NCBI GenBank assembly: GCA_009103225.1 | Contig: RHPI01001116.1 | Location: 968,861-1,032,860 of the forward strand | From: Chlorokybus atmophyticus | Lineage: Eukaryota > Plantae > Mesostigma and Chlorokybus algae | Direction: 5' to 3' | DNA length: 64,000 nt | Shown: positions 51,379 through 62,697 of the stretch, piece after piece | Position numbering within the stretch: position 1 is the first letter of the stretch | Layout: every line of letters starts with the position of its first letter | Program-made: the position numbers and the translations under genes | The notes under the pieces: generated by a model | The model's input: the letters and a program-made list of their open reading frames with translations, nothing else | Database searches by the model: none | What the model was told of the DNA's origin: nothing

Positions 51379-51879
51379 ATGGACGCTGCCGTGCGCTTTG
51401 GCGTGGCGTCTCATGAATGCAGCGTGGGCCAGCAAGTTCCTGCCCGCTTCCCGCTGCTGAAGTTTGATAGCACAGCACCAGGTCGGCTGAGAGTGCACAC
51501 CAGGCACATGGTCGCCACACTCCGGCAGTCACAGGCCCGCCGTCTAGTCGCTATGGCGCAGGACAGTCAGGGAGCCAATGCAGGTATGATGACCTTGCAC
51601 AGCAGATTCTCTCTCTATATATATACATGAACGCTGGACATCATGCTGATTTGTCTCATTGCAGAGGAGGAGCAGCCCCGATGGCTGCAGAACCTTCTTC
51701 AAGCAGTCGGTCGCGTCGAGGCAGGCCTAGCTGGGGTCAAGACAGAGGTAGCTGGCGTCAAGAAGGACGTAGCTGGGGTCGAGGTACAGCTTACACCTAT
51801 TCAGGAAGGCTGGGATGAGTTTTCTGGCGGTCTCAAACGGCTTGCTGGCAAAGACTTTGAGGACACCACTACTTATTAG
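51379..51879 (+). pseudogene. Array gene copy A: truncated 139-aa paralogue (transit-like peptide + coiled coil, no nuclease domain)
   Basis: Exons 51379-51583 and 51665-51879 (phase 1); ends ..GKDFEDTTTY-TAG. Confidence 0.75.
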
Positions 51880-54759
51880 TTGTGCTCGCCATCAGTCCTG
51901 TACAGCAACATAGTGCGTAAGGAGGCTTCATGGCAACTTCAGAGTCGAGTTGTGCTGGCGCGGGGGAAAGCTAGGGGCGTGTAGGCCAGAAATGCAATTG
52001 CCTTTGTGTATAAAGAAATGCGATGCAGGGTTTTGCAAATGGGTAGTGCGGTTCTCGAATGCTGATCTATCTGCGTAAGTGCGTGCATGGATGCTTATTG
52101 TCCCACAGCACACTATGCACATGTGCACGACCTAACAATTGTATGCAACAGTGATGCCAAGGGCTCCGCAGCGTGCGCAAGACCCCATTGACAACTGTGA
52201 GACTTGTGTTGCTTGGTTGCCACCTTGAAGAGTGAGCCGTGTTGTTGTTGCTTTCTGTAACAAGCGCAAGCTAGCTCAACAGGCTGCAACTGTTGTCTGC
52301 CCTCGCCACATTATCATATATGTTTGGTGGATTGATTAATGTGAAGTGGTCGGTGTACATGTATTAACGTATATGTCAATTGCTTTAGTTTGACTCTGTG
52401 TTCGCGTCACTCTCTCCTACACATGCCACCACCCACACCCTCACATGCTGACAGAGAGGCAGGGGTAGAGGAGAAGCGTGGGATAGAGGGGAGAGGGGGA
52501 GAGGGAGGGAGTGTAGTCCGCGTGCTCGTCTGGGCATTTGCTGTCACTGCCGTGTTGCCTGCTGTAAGACCAACCGATCGTTGTTGCTACATGTGTATGT
52601 ACAGGTGGAAGATTGCGTATGCACGTGCATAGCCTTTCCCATCGCAGCAAGGATGCAAAGATGAGCGCACAGCACCAACACAAGCGCAATCCAACAATGC
52701 GCACCCAATACAGCCAGGCAGAGCGGGGACAACTCTATCGTGACAGGGCAAGGCAATAGCTATGTAATTGTGTGCTTGTTCCCTTTGCTTGTGCACGTCG
52801 TAGGTAACGGTTTCTCTTACTATACTTTGGAGTTTGCTACATGCAACTCTTGTGTATTATCTGCGGTAACCAAGTGCGTGCAGTGTAGTGCGAGGGCGGG
52901 ATGTTGTTGGGCAAGGGCATGAGGTTATGAGATCGACATGAGCGCACAGGTGCCTGCGTGTCCAATCGTAGTAAAGGAGTGACGCAAAAAGAGTGTAACA
53001 GCCTGGTGGTGGTGTAAACCTTGTATGCTCGTATGCAATGCTTGCATGCTATGTCAACACTCTCATGCATGTTGCATAGCACCTTGCATATCATGTACAC
53101 ATGTCAAGTCAATCCCACGGCACCTTGCTCACCACAAATCTTGTTTGTAGGTGAGGCGCCGTGCTTGTTCTTGCCTCCTGCTACCTGATAGCTTGGCAAG
53201 CTGCAGAGGGGCCTAGCACACTCTTGCCCATTGCTCTCGGTTGCCGTTGCCTTTGTTGCCCATGCTTATGACTGCTTGTTCCTACCGCTCACTTGCTCAT
53301 GGTGCACGTGATTGACACTAGTGCTGCTGCTGGATTGCGTGTGCACTTGGCATTGCATTAGCGCATAGTCCAAACATTGTGAATGTTTATGCACGTACAG
53401 CATGCAGCCGTTGTTGAACAGCGGGCATATATCATGTATGCCCGCTGTCATGAGTCATGTATGAGCATGGTGGTGCACCCATGATGATGTGACACATGTC
53501 GAATTGATAGTGCACATGCATCATGCATGTGCACTATGCATGGCGCATGCACGTGACGTGCATGCGCCATACGGCACGCACATAGGGAGTCGATCTGCTA
53601 TGACTGCTGAGAGTCATGTACAGCATGCAGCCGATGTTGAACAGCGGGCATACATAATGTATGCGGGCATACATGAGTCGTACCAACCAATGTTGCGTTA
53701 ACCAGCAAGTTGTGCACATAAACCATTGTGCATGCATGCATGCCTACCCGGCTCGGGTGTAGGGTGGTAGTGATGTGGTAAATAGTATGTGAATTATGGA
53801 GCTATGAGCATAATTGTCACAGTTATGCTCATGGGGCACGGTGCCCAGTGGTTGCGTGAGCATGTCAACGAGGCGAGTGTGTGGTAAGTGACAAGTTGAG
53901 CGCATAAGCTTTTGCACACCTTACATACCCATATGCTTCACATGTGCTTGGCGCATTAACTGCCAGTCGATTGTAAAATTATAATTATCAAGCTGGAGGG
54001 CTTTGCTTGATGATCATATGTTTGCAACCAATGTATTTAAACATTGTATGGTGAATAAAACATGCTCTTCTGTACAATCTATATGTGATGACATTGTGCT
54101 TTTAATGCCATCATAATCATGTTCCACTGCACGATGATATACACAGCTGATATTGAGAATGAGCAAAAAAGATAACACGTTATACCATTTAATTTATATG
54201 AAGCGTGCAGGCTTTGCACCTTTGACACCCTTGATACATCACAGCTATGACATTACTTTGCTTACCAATCATATCTACAATGATGAGGTATGAGATGTGC
54301 AACTTGCCGCCATAAGACATTGAAACCAATCACATATTGGTAAACAGTATGCAATGTAATCATTAATACGGGTAATACGCTATTGCATACATTCAATGCT
54401 ACATACGACATTCACGTTGTTGTTGTTAAGCGGTGGAAATAGTCTACTGTCATGTACATACGTTTCGGTGGCGCAACGCATCGAACACGAAGGAGCTGGA
54501 GTCATATGTCATGAGTTTAGGCTTGGTTACGGTCAGCACATCTAGGTGAAGCACGTGTCAATGGCAAGTGTAGCAGCTCGCGTTAGAGTCTATGTTGGTT
54601 CAGACACCTGCTTGTTAATTGCCCTCAATAGTGATGCGTGCTTATTGTGAGTGTCGTATTATGTGTATGACTATGTACACTAGTGGGGCGGCTTTGGGAG
54701 GATCCTGAGTCAACATGTATGTATACATACATGCATGATAGACGCTTCACCGAGTAAAG

Positions 54760-55370
54760 GAGGGAGAAGGTGCATCATCATAGGGCCGTGACGAGTTGAT
54801 GGACGACATCATCAAGCAACGACGGGATTCGGCACGACATTATCGCATTGCAGTCAATAGCCACCAGAGTCTAAGTTGGAACAATCAAAGAAACCATTTT
54901 TGCTCCATAGCTCTGCGATCGCTGGCCCGAACTCCGTCCAAGCAAACTGTCTTCGATCCATGAAAAATCTCTCATTGAGGGCTTCCTTATTTGACTTGTT
55001 TTCTTTGGAACTTTGTGGCCTGACACTGCATGTACTCGAAGCTGAGCTAACATATATGGAACATAAATGTACATGCATGATGGACGCTACAACATGTGAA
55101 GAGGGAGAAGGTGCAGTATCACGGGGCCATGACGAGTTGGTGGACGACATCATCAAGCAACAATGGGATTCGGCATGATGCTACCGCATTGCAGTCCGTA
55201 CCCGAATGATTAATTCATTTTTTCTCAGTCACTTGCGGTAACTCTGCGATCGGTGGCCCAATCTCCGCTTAAGTCAACTTTCTTGGGCTTGTGAAGAAGC
55301 TCTCATTGGGAGCTTTTATATCGACTTACTTGTTTTCTTCGAAACTTTGTAGCTTGGCACTGCATGTACT
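54760..55370 (+). repeat. Internal ~340-bp diverged tandem duplication within unit A
   Basis: GAGGGAGAAGGTGCA..GACGAGTTG(A/G)TGGACGACATCATCAAGCAAC.. at ~54760 and ~55101; single copy in unit B (~59970-60200). Confidence 0.85.
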
Positions 55371-56987
55371 CGAGCACAAGCCCTCAATCTTATAATAAAG
55401 CTGATGGCCACCCTTCCGTGGGGTATAAACAAATGACAGCTCACCATCAGTTGGCTTGCATGTGTAGTGGCATGGTTACGATGTTATACGCACGTCCTCT
55501 ACACTCTGCAGGTTGCCCTTGTTGTGTGCTGCTTGCTGCCACACATAATGCTCCTTCCATTGCTCCATGCTACTCACAAACTTGTTGCTGCCTGAGGGTC
55601 CTAATTTCAGGGCCTAGCCACGTCTTGGTTTGTGTTGGTTTGTGTACTTAGCTCTGCTTTGGCCCCCATGTAAAGCCATGTTTGCTGCTGTGTCGATTGC
55701 ATTTGGCCCCGACAAGAGCTTGCTATATAGCAACGCTTATGCTGTTATGTACATTATGCATGATCACGTCATATAAGTGACCTCTGAGAGAGTACACTAC
55801 AAGAGTTTTGGAACAGGCTGCAATAAGCTACCATGTGGACAGTACTTCACAGCTGTGCAGCGCATGCTGACTGAGCATGCACGAAACGCAACTGTATACA
55901 GTAACGATGTGTGTAAATTGATGACTAGAAGCTTTAAATTGCCGTGTGTACATTCGCATACTCACACTGTGCTACCATCAGCAATCACTTTGTTTGCCCG
56001 TATCTCGGCTCGGCTTATGAAACCTGTTTGGCCCCGTCCACGTGGCATACCGTGGTAGTCCTGTCACAGGTCCTGTCACAGATCTCCAGGCAAACAACGC
56101 CCGGATGTGTCCCGCTAAGCTCACAGCAAGGCAGCGGCGGCGTGGGGGGCGGCTTGCGGTTGGTTGTCGCTGTCGCTGGCAGGAGGGGTAGACAGAGAGG
56201 GTGAGGGCGCTGCGCTAGTCGTAGTCGTAGGATAAAAGAACTGAGTGGTGACCGGTGGTTGGTGCCACAGCTGGGCGGCGCTTACGGGATTGGGGACTGA
56301 AGTTGCGGATTGCGAGCAGCTGTTGGCCCCCCTTGGCAGACAGCCTTAGTCTCATCTCGCTTGTGGCCTCGCCTGCAGCAGCTGAGGCGCCCCGTCGCTC
56401 TCTTCGTCGTCCTTGGTCGTTGCATGTAAGTGCCAACCCTCCCCTTGCTGCCAAGTCACCCGTCTGGCTGTGCCGTGTTATTGTTGTGGCAACGTACTAG
56501 TGCTCTTTTCTGCTGGCTGCTGGGATTCAGTACTGGTGTGGCACCAGTAGTAGTAATAGTAGTGGTAAGTAGTTTACTGAGAGCGTCAAGCAGTAACCTG
56601 CTCCCCACCCGCTTCTGGCAATGCAACTGACATTGACAACGGGGGACAGATGTTGCCGAGCATTGTGTGCCGTCCACTCTGTGAACTTGAATGCGTCACC
56701 ATCACCTGACCTTCTGCAGACTCTGATGCAGAGAGTCGAGTGGTGGTGTTGCATTCAATGCAAGGCATTGGAAACCTTCCGCAGCAGGGAATGTAATGCA
56801 GGGTGTCCTTCATCACATCTCTCATCTGTACGCATCCGTACGCATCAGCATGCAGGCGGATAGCGTCTCAATTGGCATGCTGCTTGTGCCTTCGAGTTAC
56901 CTGCACCTGCCTACCGTATGTAGTGTCTTGGTTCTTACTTGCTTTTGTCTGTGCTGCCCAGCAACGACACCGAGTTCCAAACCTGCA

Positions 56988-57328
56988 ATGGACGCTGCCG
57001 TGCGCTTTGGCGTGGCGTCTCATGGATGCAGCGTGGGCCAGCAAGTTCCTGCCCGCTTCCCGCTGCTGAAGTTTAATAGCACAGCACCAGGTCGGCCGAG
57101 AGTGCACACCAGGCACATGGTCGCCACACTCCGGCAGTCACAGGCCCGCCGTCTAGTCGCTATGGCGCAGGACAGTCAGGGAGCCAATGCAGGTATGATG
57201 ACCTTGCACAGCAGANNNNNNNNNNNNNNNNNNNNNNNNNNNNNNNNNNNNNNNNNNNNNNNNNNNNNNNNNNNNNNNNNNNNNNNNNNNNNNNNNNNNN
57301 NNNNNNNNNNNNNNNNNNNNNNNNNNNN

Positions 57329-57400
<72 letters not shown>

Positions 57401-57658
57401 CGTGTGTGAACGCTGGACATCATGCTGATTTGTCTCATGGCAGAGGAGGAGCAGCCCCAATGGCTGCAGAACCTACTTCAAGCAATAGCTCGCGTCGAGG
57501 CAGGCCTAGCTGGGGTCAAGGCAGACGTAGCTGGCGTCAAGACAGACGTAGCTGAGGTCGAGGCACACCTTAAACCTGTTCGAGAAGGTTGGGATGAGTT
57601 TTCTGGGGGTCTCAAACGGCTTGCTGGCAAAGACTTTGAGGACACCACGACTCATTAG
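56988..57658 (+). pseudogene. Array gene copy B: truncated 139-aa paralogue
   Basis: Exons 56988-57192 and 57444-57658; the intron contains an N gap and (CT)n; ends ..GKDFEDTTTH-TAG, followed in frame by an 80-codon open stretch. Confidence 0.75.
57216..57397. repeat. Assembly gap (N 57216-57328) followed by (CT)n microsatellite
   Basis: Direct; the corresponding intron in A and C has only a short CT/AT run. Confidence 0.95.
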
Positions 57659-60600
57659 TTGTGCTCGCCATCAGTCCTGTACAGCAACATCGAGCGTGGG
57701 GAGGCTTCATGGCCACTTTTGAGTCGAGTTGTGCTGGCGCGGAAGAAGTCTAGGGGCGTGCAGGCCGGAAATGCAATCGCCAGTGCGATGCAGGGTTTTG
57801 CAAATGTGTTGGTGCGGTTCTCAAACGCTGATCTATCCGCGCAAGTGCACCCATGGATGCTGATAGTCCAACAACACACTATGCACATATGCAAGACCTA
57901 ACAAATGTATGCAACAGCGTTGCCCAGTGCTCCGCAGCGTGCGCAAGACCCGGTTGACAACTGTGAGACTTGTGTTGCTTTGTTGCCACCTTCAATAGTG
58001 AGCCGTGTTGTTGCTTTTTGTTACAAGCGTAAGCTAGCTCAACAGGCTGCAACTGTCTTCTGCCCTCGCCACATTATCATGAATGTCTGGTGGATTGGGA
58101 ATATTGTGAAGAGGTCGGTGTGCATGTATTCGTCAATTGCTTTAGTTTGACTCTGTATTCGCGTCACTCTCTCTTACACATGCTACCATCCACACCCTCA
58201 CCTGCTGATAGAGAGGCAGGGGCCAAGGAGAAGAGTGGGAGAGGGGGGAGAGGGGGAGAGGGAGGGAGTGTAGTCCGCGTGCTCGTCTGGGTTTGCTGTC
58301 ACCACCGTGCTGCCTGCTGTGAGACCAACCGATTGTTGCTGCTACAGGTGAAAGATTGCGTATGCACATGCATAGCCTTTCCAATCACATCAATGATGCA
58401 AAGATGAGCGCACAGCACAAACACCAGCGTAATCCAACAATGCGCACCCAATACAGTCAGGCAGAGCGGGACAACTTTAACATGACAGGGCAAGGCAATA
58501 GCTATGTAACTGTGTGCTTATTCGCTTTGCTTGTGCACGCCGTACGTAACGGTTACCTTTACTATACTTTGGAGTTTGCTACATGCAACTCTTGTGTGTT
58601 ATATGCGGTAACCAGGTGCGTGCAGTGTAGTGCGAGGGCGAGGGATGTTGTTTGGCACGGGCATGAGTTTATGGGACCGACATGTGCGCACAGGTGCATG
58701 CATGTCTAACCGTAGTAAATGAGTGGCGCAAAGAGAGTGCAACGCCTTGGTGGTGATGTAAACCTTCTTTGCTTGTATGCTATGCTTGCATGCTACGTCA
58801 ACACTCTCATGCATGTTGCATAGCACCTTGCATATCATGTACACATGTCAAGTCAATCCCACGGCACCTTGCTCATCGCGAATCTTGTTTGTAGGTGAGG
58901 CGCCGTGCTTGTTCTTGCCTCTTGCTACCTGGTAGCTTGGCAAGCTGCAGAGGGGCCCAGCACACTCTTGCCCATTGCTCTCGGTTGCCGGTGCCTTTGA
59001 AGCCCATGCTTGTGACTTCTTGTGCCTACCGCTCACTTGCTCACGGTGCACTTGATTGACACTATTGCTATTGCTGCAACTGGATTGCGTGTGCACTTGG
59101 CATTGCATTAGCGCACATAGGGCATACACTATGTATGAACATGGTGAAGCACCCATCGCGGTATGACACATGTCGAATTAATATTACACATGCATACGGC
59201 ATGCGCACATAGGGAGTCGATCTACTATGACTGCTGAGAGTCATTCCAACCGATGTTACGCTAACTAGCTGCAAGTTGTGCGGATAAGCCATTGTGCATG
59301 CATGCCTACTCGGCTCGGGTGGGGTGGTAGTGATGTGGTGAATAGAATGTGACTTATAAAGCATATGAGAATAATTGTCACAGTTATGCTCATAGGGCAC
59401 GGCGCCCAATAGCAGCGTGAGCATGTCATCGAGGCGAGTGTGCGACCAGTCGAGCGCGCAAGCTTTTGCACACCTTACATACCCATATGCTTCAAATGTG
59501 CTTGGGGCAATAGCTGCCAGTCAATTGACACATATGATTATCAAGCCAAGGGGCTTTACTTAATGATCATGGGTTGCAACAAATGTATTCAAACATTGTA
59601 TGGTCAACAAAACATGCTGTTTTTAAAATCTATATAACATGCACATTGTGCTTTTGATTTTGTCGTAGTAATATTTGACATGACGATGAGTAGTATGAGT
59701 AATATTGAGAATGAGCAAAGCAGATAACGCGTTATACTATATGATTTATACAAAGCGTGCAAGCTTTGCACCTTCGTACATCACATTTGTGACATTGCTT
59801 TGCTTACCGATTATGTTTGCAATGAATGTGTTGATGAGGTATGAGGTTTGCAACTTGCCGCCATAAGACATTGAAACTGTTCATATATCGGTAAAAAGTA
59901 TGCAATCTATACTTTTTATAATGATAGTTTTATATTTGTATATAACTATGATCATATCATAGGCCATATCATGGGGCCATGACAACCTACAATGGGATTG
60001 GCATGATGCTACCGCATTGCAGTCAATACCCAAATGGTTAATTGATTTTTCCTCAGTCATTTGCGGTATCTCGGCGATTGGCGGCCCGATATCCACCCCG
60101 AAAAAACTCTCTTGGGCCTATGAAGAAGCTCTCATAAGGAGCTCTTATTTTGATGTACTTGTTTACTTCAAAACTTTGTAGCTTGGCATTGCATGTACTC
60201 AAATGCAAGCCCACAATCTTCAAAGAAAAACTGATGGCCACCCTCCCGTGGGGTATAAGCAAATGACAGCTCACCATCAGCTGGCTTGCATGTGTTACGG
60301 CATGCTTACGGTGTTACACGCACGTGCTCTACACTCTGCAGGTTGCCATTCGTTTTTGCGGCTTGCTGCCACACTAGTGCTCATTCCATTGCTCCCGGAG
60401 CATGGTCCATGCTACCTACAAACCTGTTGCTGCCTGAGGGTCCAAGTTTGTGGGCCTAGCCATGTCTTAGTTTGTGTGCTTAGCTATGCCTTGGTTCCCA
60501 TGTAAAGCCATGTGTGCTGCTATATGGCAACTCTTATGCTCTTATGTTTTGTAGTAAGTTGCAACAAATTACCATGTTGACAGCACTTCACAATTGTGCA

Positions 60601-61683
60601 GCGCATGCTGATTGAGCATGCACAAAACGCAACAGTATGAAGTGACGATGTGTGCATCTTGATGTGTAAAAGCTTGAGATTGCCATGTGTACATTCCCAT
60701 AATCACACTGTGCTACGAATAGCATTCATTTTGGCTGCCTCGGCTCATGAAACCCGTCCACGTGGCGTACCGTGGTAGTATGTGAGTCCTGTCACAGGTC
60801 CTGTCACAGGTCTCCAGGCAAACAACGCCCGGGTGTGTCCCGCTGAGCTTACAGCAAGGCAGCGGCGGCGTGGGGGGCGGCTTGCGGTTGGTTGTCGCTG
60901 TCGCTGGCAGGAGGGGTAGACGGAGAGGGTGAGGGCGCTGCGCTAGTCGTAGTCGTAGGATAAAAGAACTGAGTGGTGACCGGTGGTTGGTGCCACAGCT
61001 GGGCGGCGCTTACGGGATTGGGGACTGACGTTGCGGAGGAGCGAGCAGCTGTTGGCCCCCCTTGGCAGACAGCCTTAGCCTCATCTCGCTTGTGGCCTCG
61101 CCTGCAGCAGCTGAGGCGCCCCGTCGCTCTCTTCGTCCTTGGTCGTTGCATGTAAGTGTCAACCCTCCCGTTGCTGCCAAGTCACCCGTCTGGCTGTGCC
61201 GTGTTATTGTTGTGGCAACGTACTAGTGCTCTTTTCTGCTGGCTGCTGGGATTCAGTACTGGTGTGGCACCAGTCGTAGTACTAGTAGTGGTAAGTAGTA
61301 CTGAGAGCTTCAAACAGTAACCTGCTCCCCACCCGCTTCTGGCAATGCAACTGACATTGACAACGGGGGACAGGACATGTTGCCGAGCATTGTGTGCCGT
61401 CCACTCTGTGAAATCGAATGCGTCACCATCACCTGACCTTCTGCAGAATCTGATGCATGGCATTAGTAACCCTCCGCAGCAGGGAATGTAATGCAGGGTG
61501 TCCTTCATCACATCTCTCATCATGTATGCATCCGTACGCATCAGCATGCAGGCGGATAGCGTCTCATTTGGCATGCTGCTTGTGCCTTCGAGTTACCTGC
61601 ACCTGCCTACCGTACGTAGTGTCTTGGTTCTTACTTGCTTTTGTCTGTGCTGCCCAGCAACCACACCGACTTACAAACCTGCA

Positions 61684-62697
61684 ATGGACGCTGCCGTGCG
61701 CTTTGGCGTGGCGTCTCATGGATGCAGCGTGGGCCAGCAAGTTCCTGCCCGCTTCCCGCTGCTGAAGTTTGATAGCACAGCACCAGGTCGGCCGAGAGTG
61801 CACACCAGGCACATGGTCGCCACACTCCGGCAGTCACAGGCCCGCCGTCTAGTCGCTATGGCGCAGGACAGTCAGGGAGCCGATGCAGGTATGATGACCT
61901 TGCACAGCAGATTCTCTCTCTATATATATACATGAACGCTGGACATCATGCTGATTTGTCTCATTGCAGAGGAGGAGCAGCCCCGATGGCTGCAGAACCT
62001 TCTTCAAGCAGTCGGTCGCGTCGAGGCAGGCCTAGCTGGGGTCAAGACAGAGGTAGCTGGGGTCAAGAGAGACGTAGCTGGCGTCAAGACAGACGTAGCT
62101 GGCGTCAAGAAGGACGTAGCTGGGGTCGAGGTACAGCTTACACCTATTCAGGAAGGCTGGCCTTTGGTGTCTGGGTCCGTCAATCGGCTTGTCGGCAAGG
62201 AGTTTGAAGACAATGTCAAGCAGACACCGGGCATCTACCTTCGAGAACTGATGGCGGCCCCGGTGCTCTACTCCCAGAAAGACCTGGTGCTTGCTGCGAA
62301 TGTAGCGCAGGCATCGGGGGTCTTCACCTCTGATGAGTTACGCCAACTCCAAGAGTTGGATGCTGTCTTCATAGGGACGGTGGAGTTTGACTGGTCGGAA
62401 CGGTTTCCGGGGCGCTTGCGTAACGTTCCTCGCGTTTATACGTCGCCGATCCTTGTGATGGCAGCGACGGAGATCAGTGTGACGCTGGACGCCACTGACA
62501 TTGAGCGAGCAGCTCAACGTCGTGACATTTTGCAGAAGCTGCTACCTGTCACATCGGGCTACCGCCTTATGGCACTCGTGGTAGGTGACAAGCCACAGTT
62601 CACAGGTGATAAAGACAAAGAGCTGCTGGCGCTGGCGGAGCGGCTCAATGTGTTTGTTGTCGCCAACGCACAGCTGAAATGGCCACGGTATGCTTAG
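61684..62697 (+). CDS. Array gene copy C: 310-aa transit-like peptide + heptad coiled coil + putative PD-(D/E)XK-like nuclease-fold domain
   Basis: Exons 61684-61888 and 61970-62697 (GT-AG, phase 1, 933 nt). Motifs GKEFEDNV, ELDAVFIG, ATEISVTLDATDIERAAQRRDILQKL, LMALVVG. The CDS is well supported; the fold call is inferred. Confidence 0.75.

Larger units (their letters stand above)
50331..62160 (+). repeat. Tandem array of three large diverged units (A ~5.6 kb, B ~4.7 kb, C partial)
   Basis: Shared markers recur: CCACGTGG (CACGTG at 50440, 56039, 60759; spacings 5599 and 4720), GCGGCGGCGTGGGGGGCGGCTTGCGG (~50531, 56132, 60861), identical 205-nt exon 1. A and B also share ~3.5-4 kb of non-coding tail. 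Confidence 0.95.
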
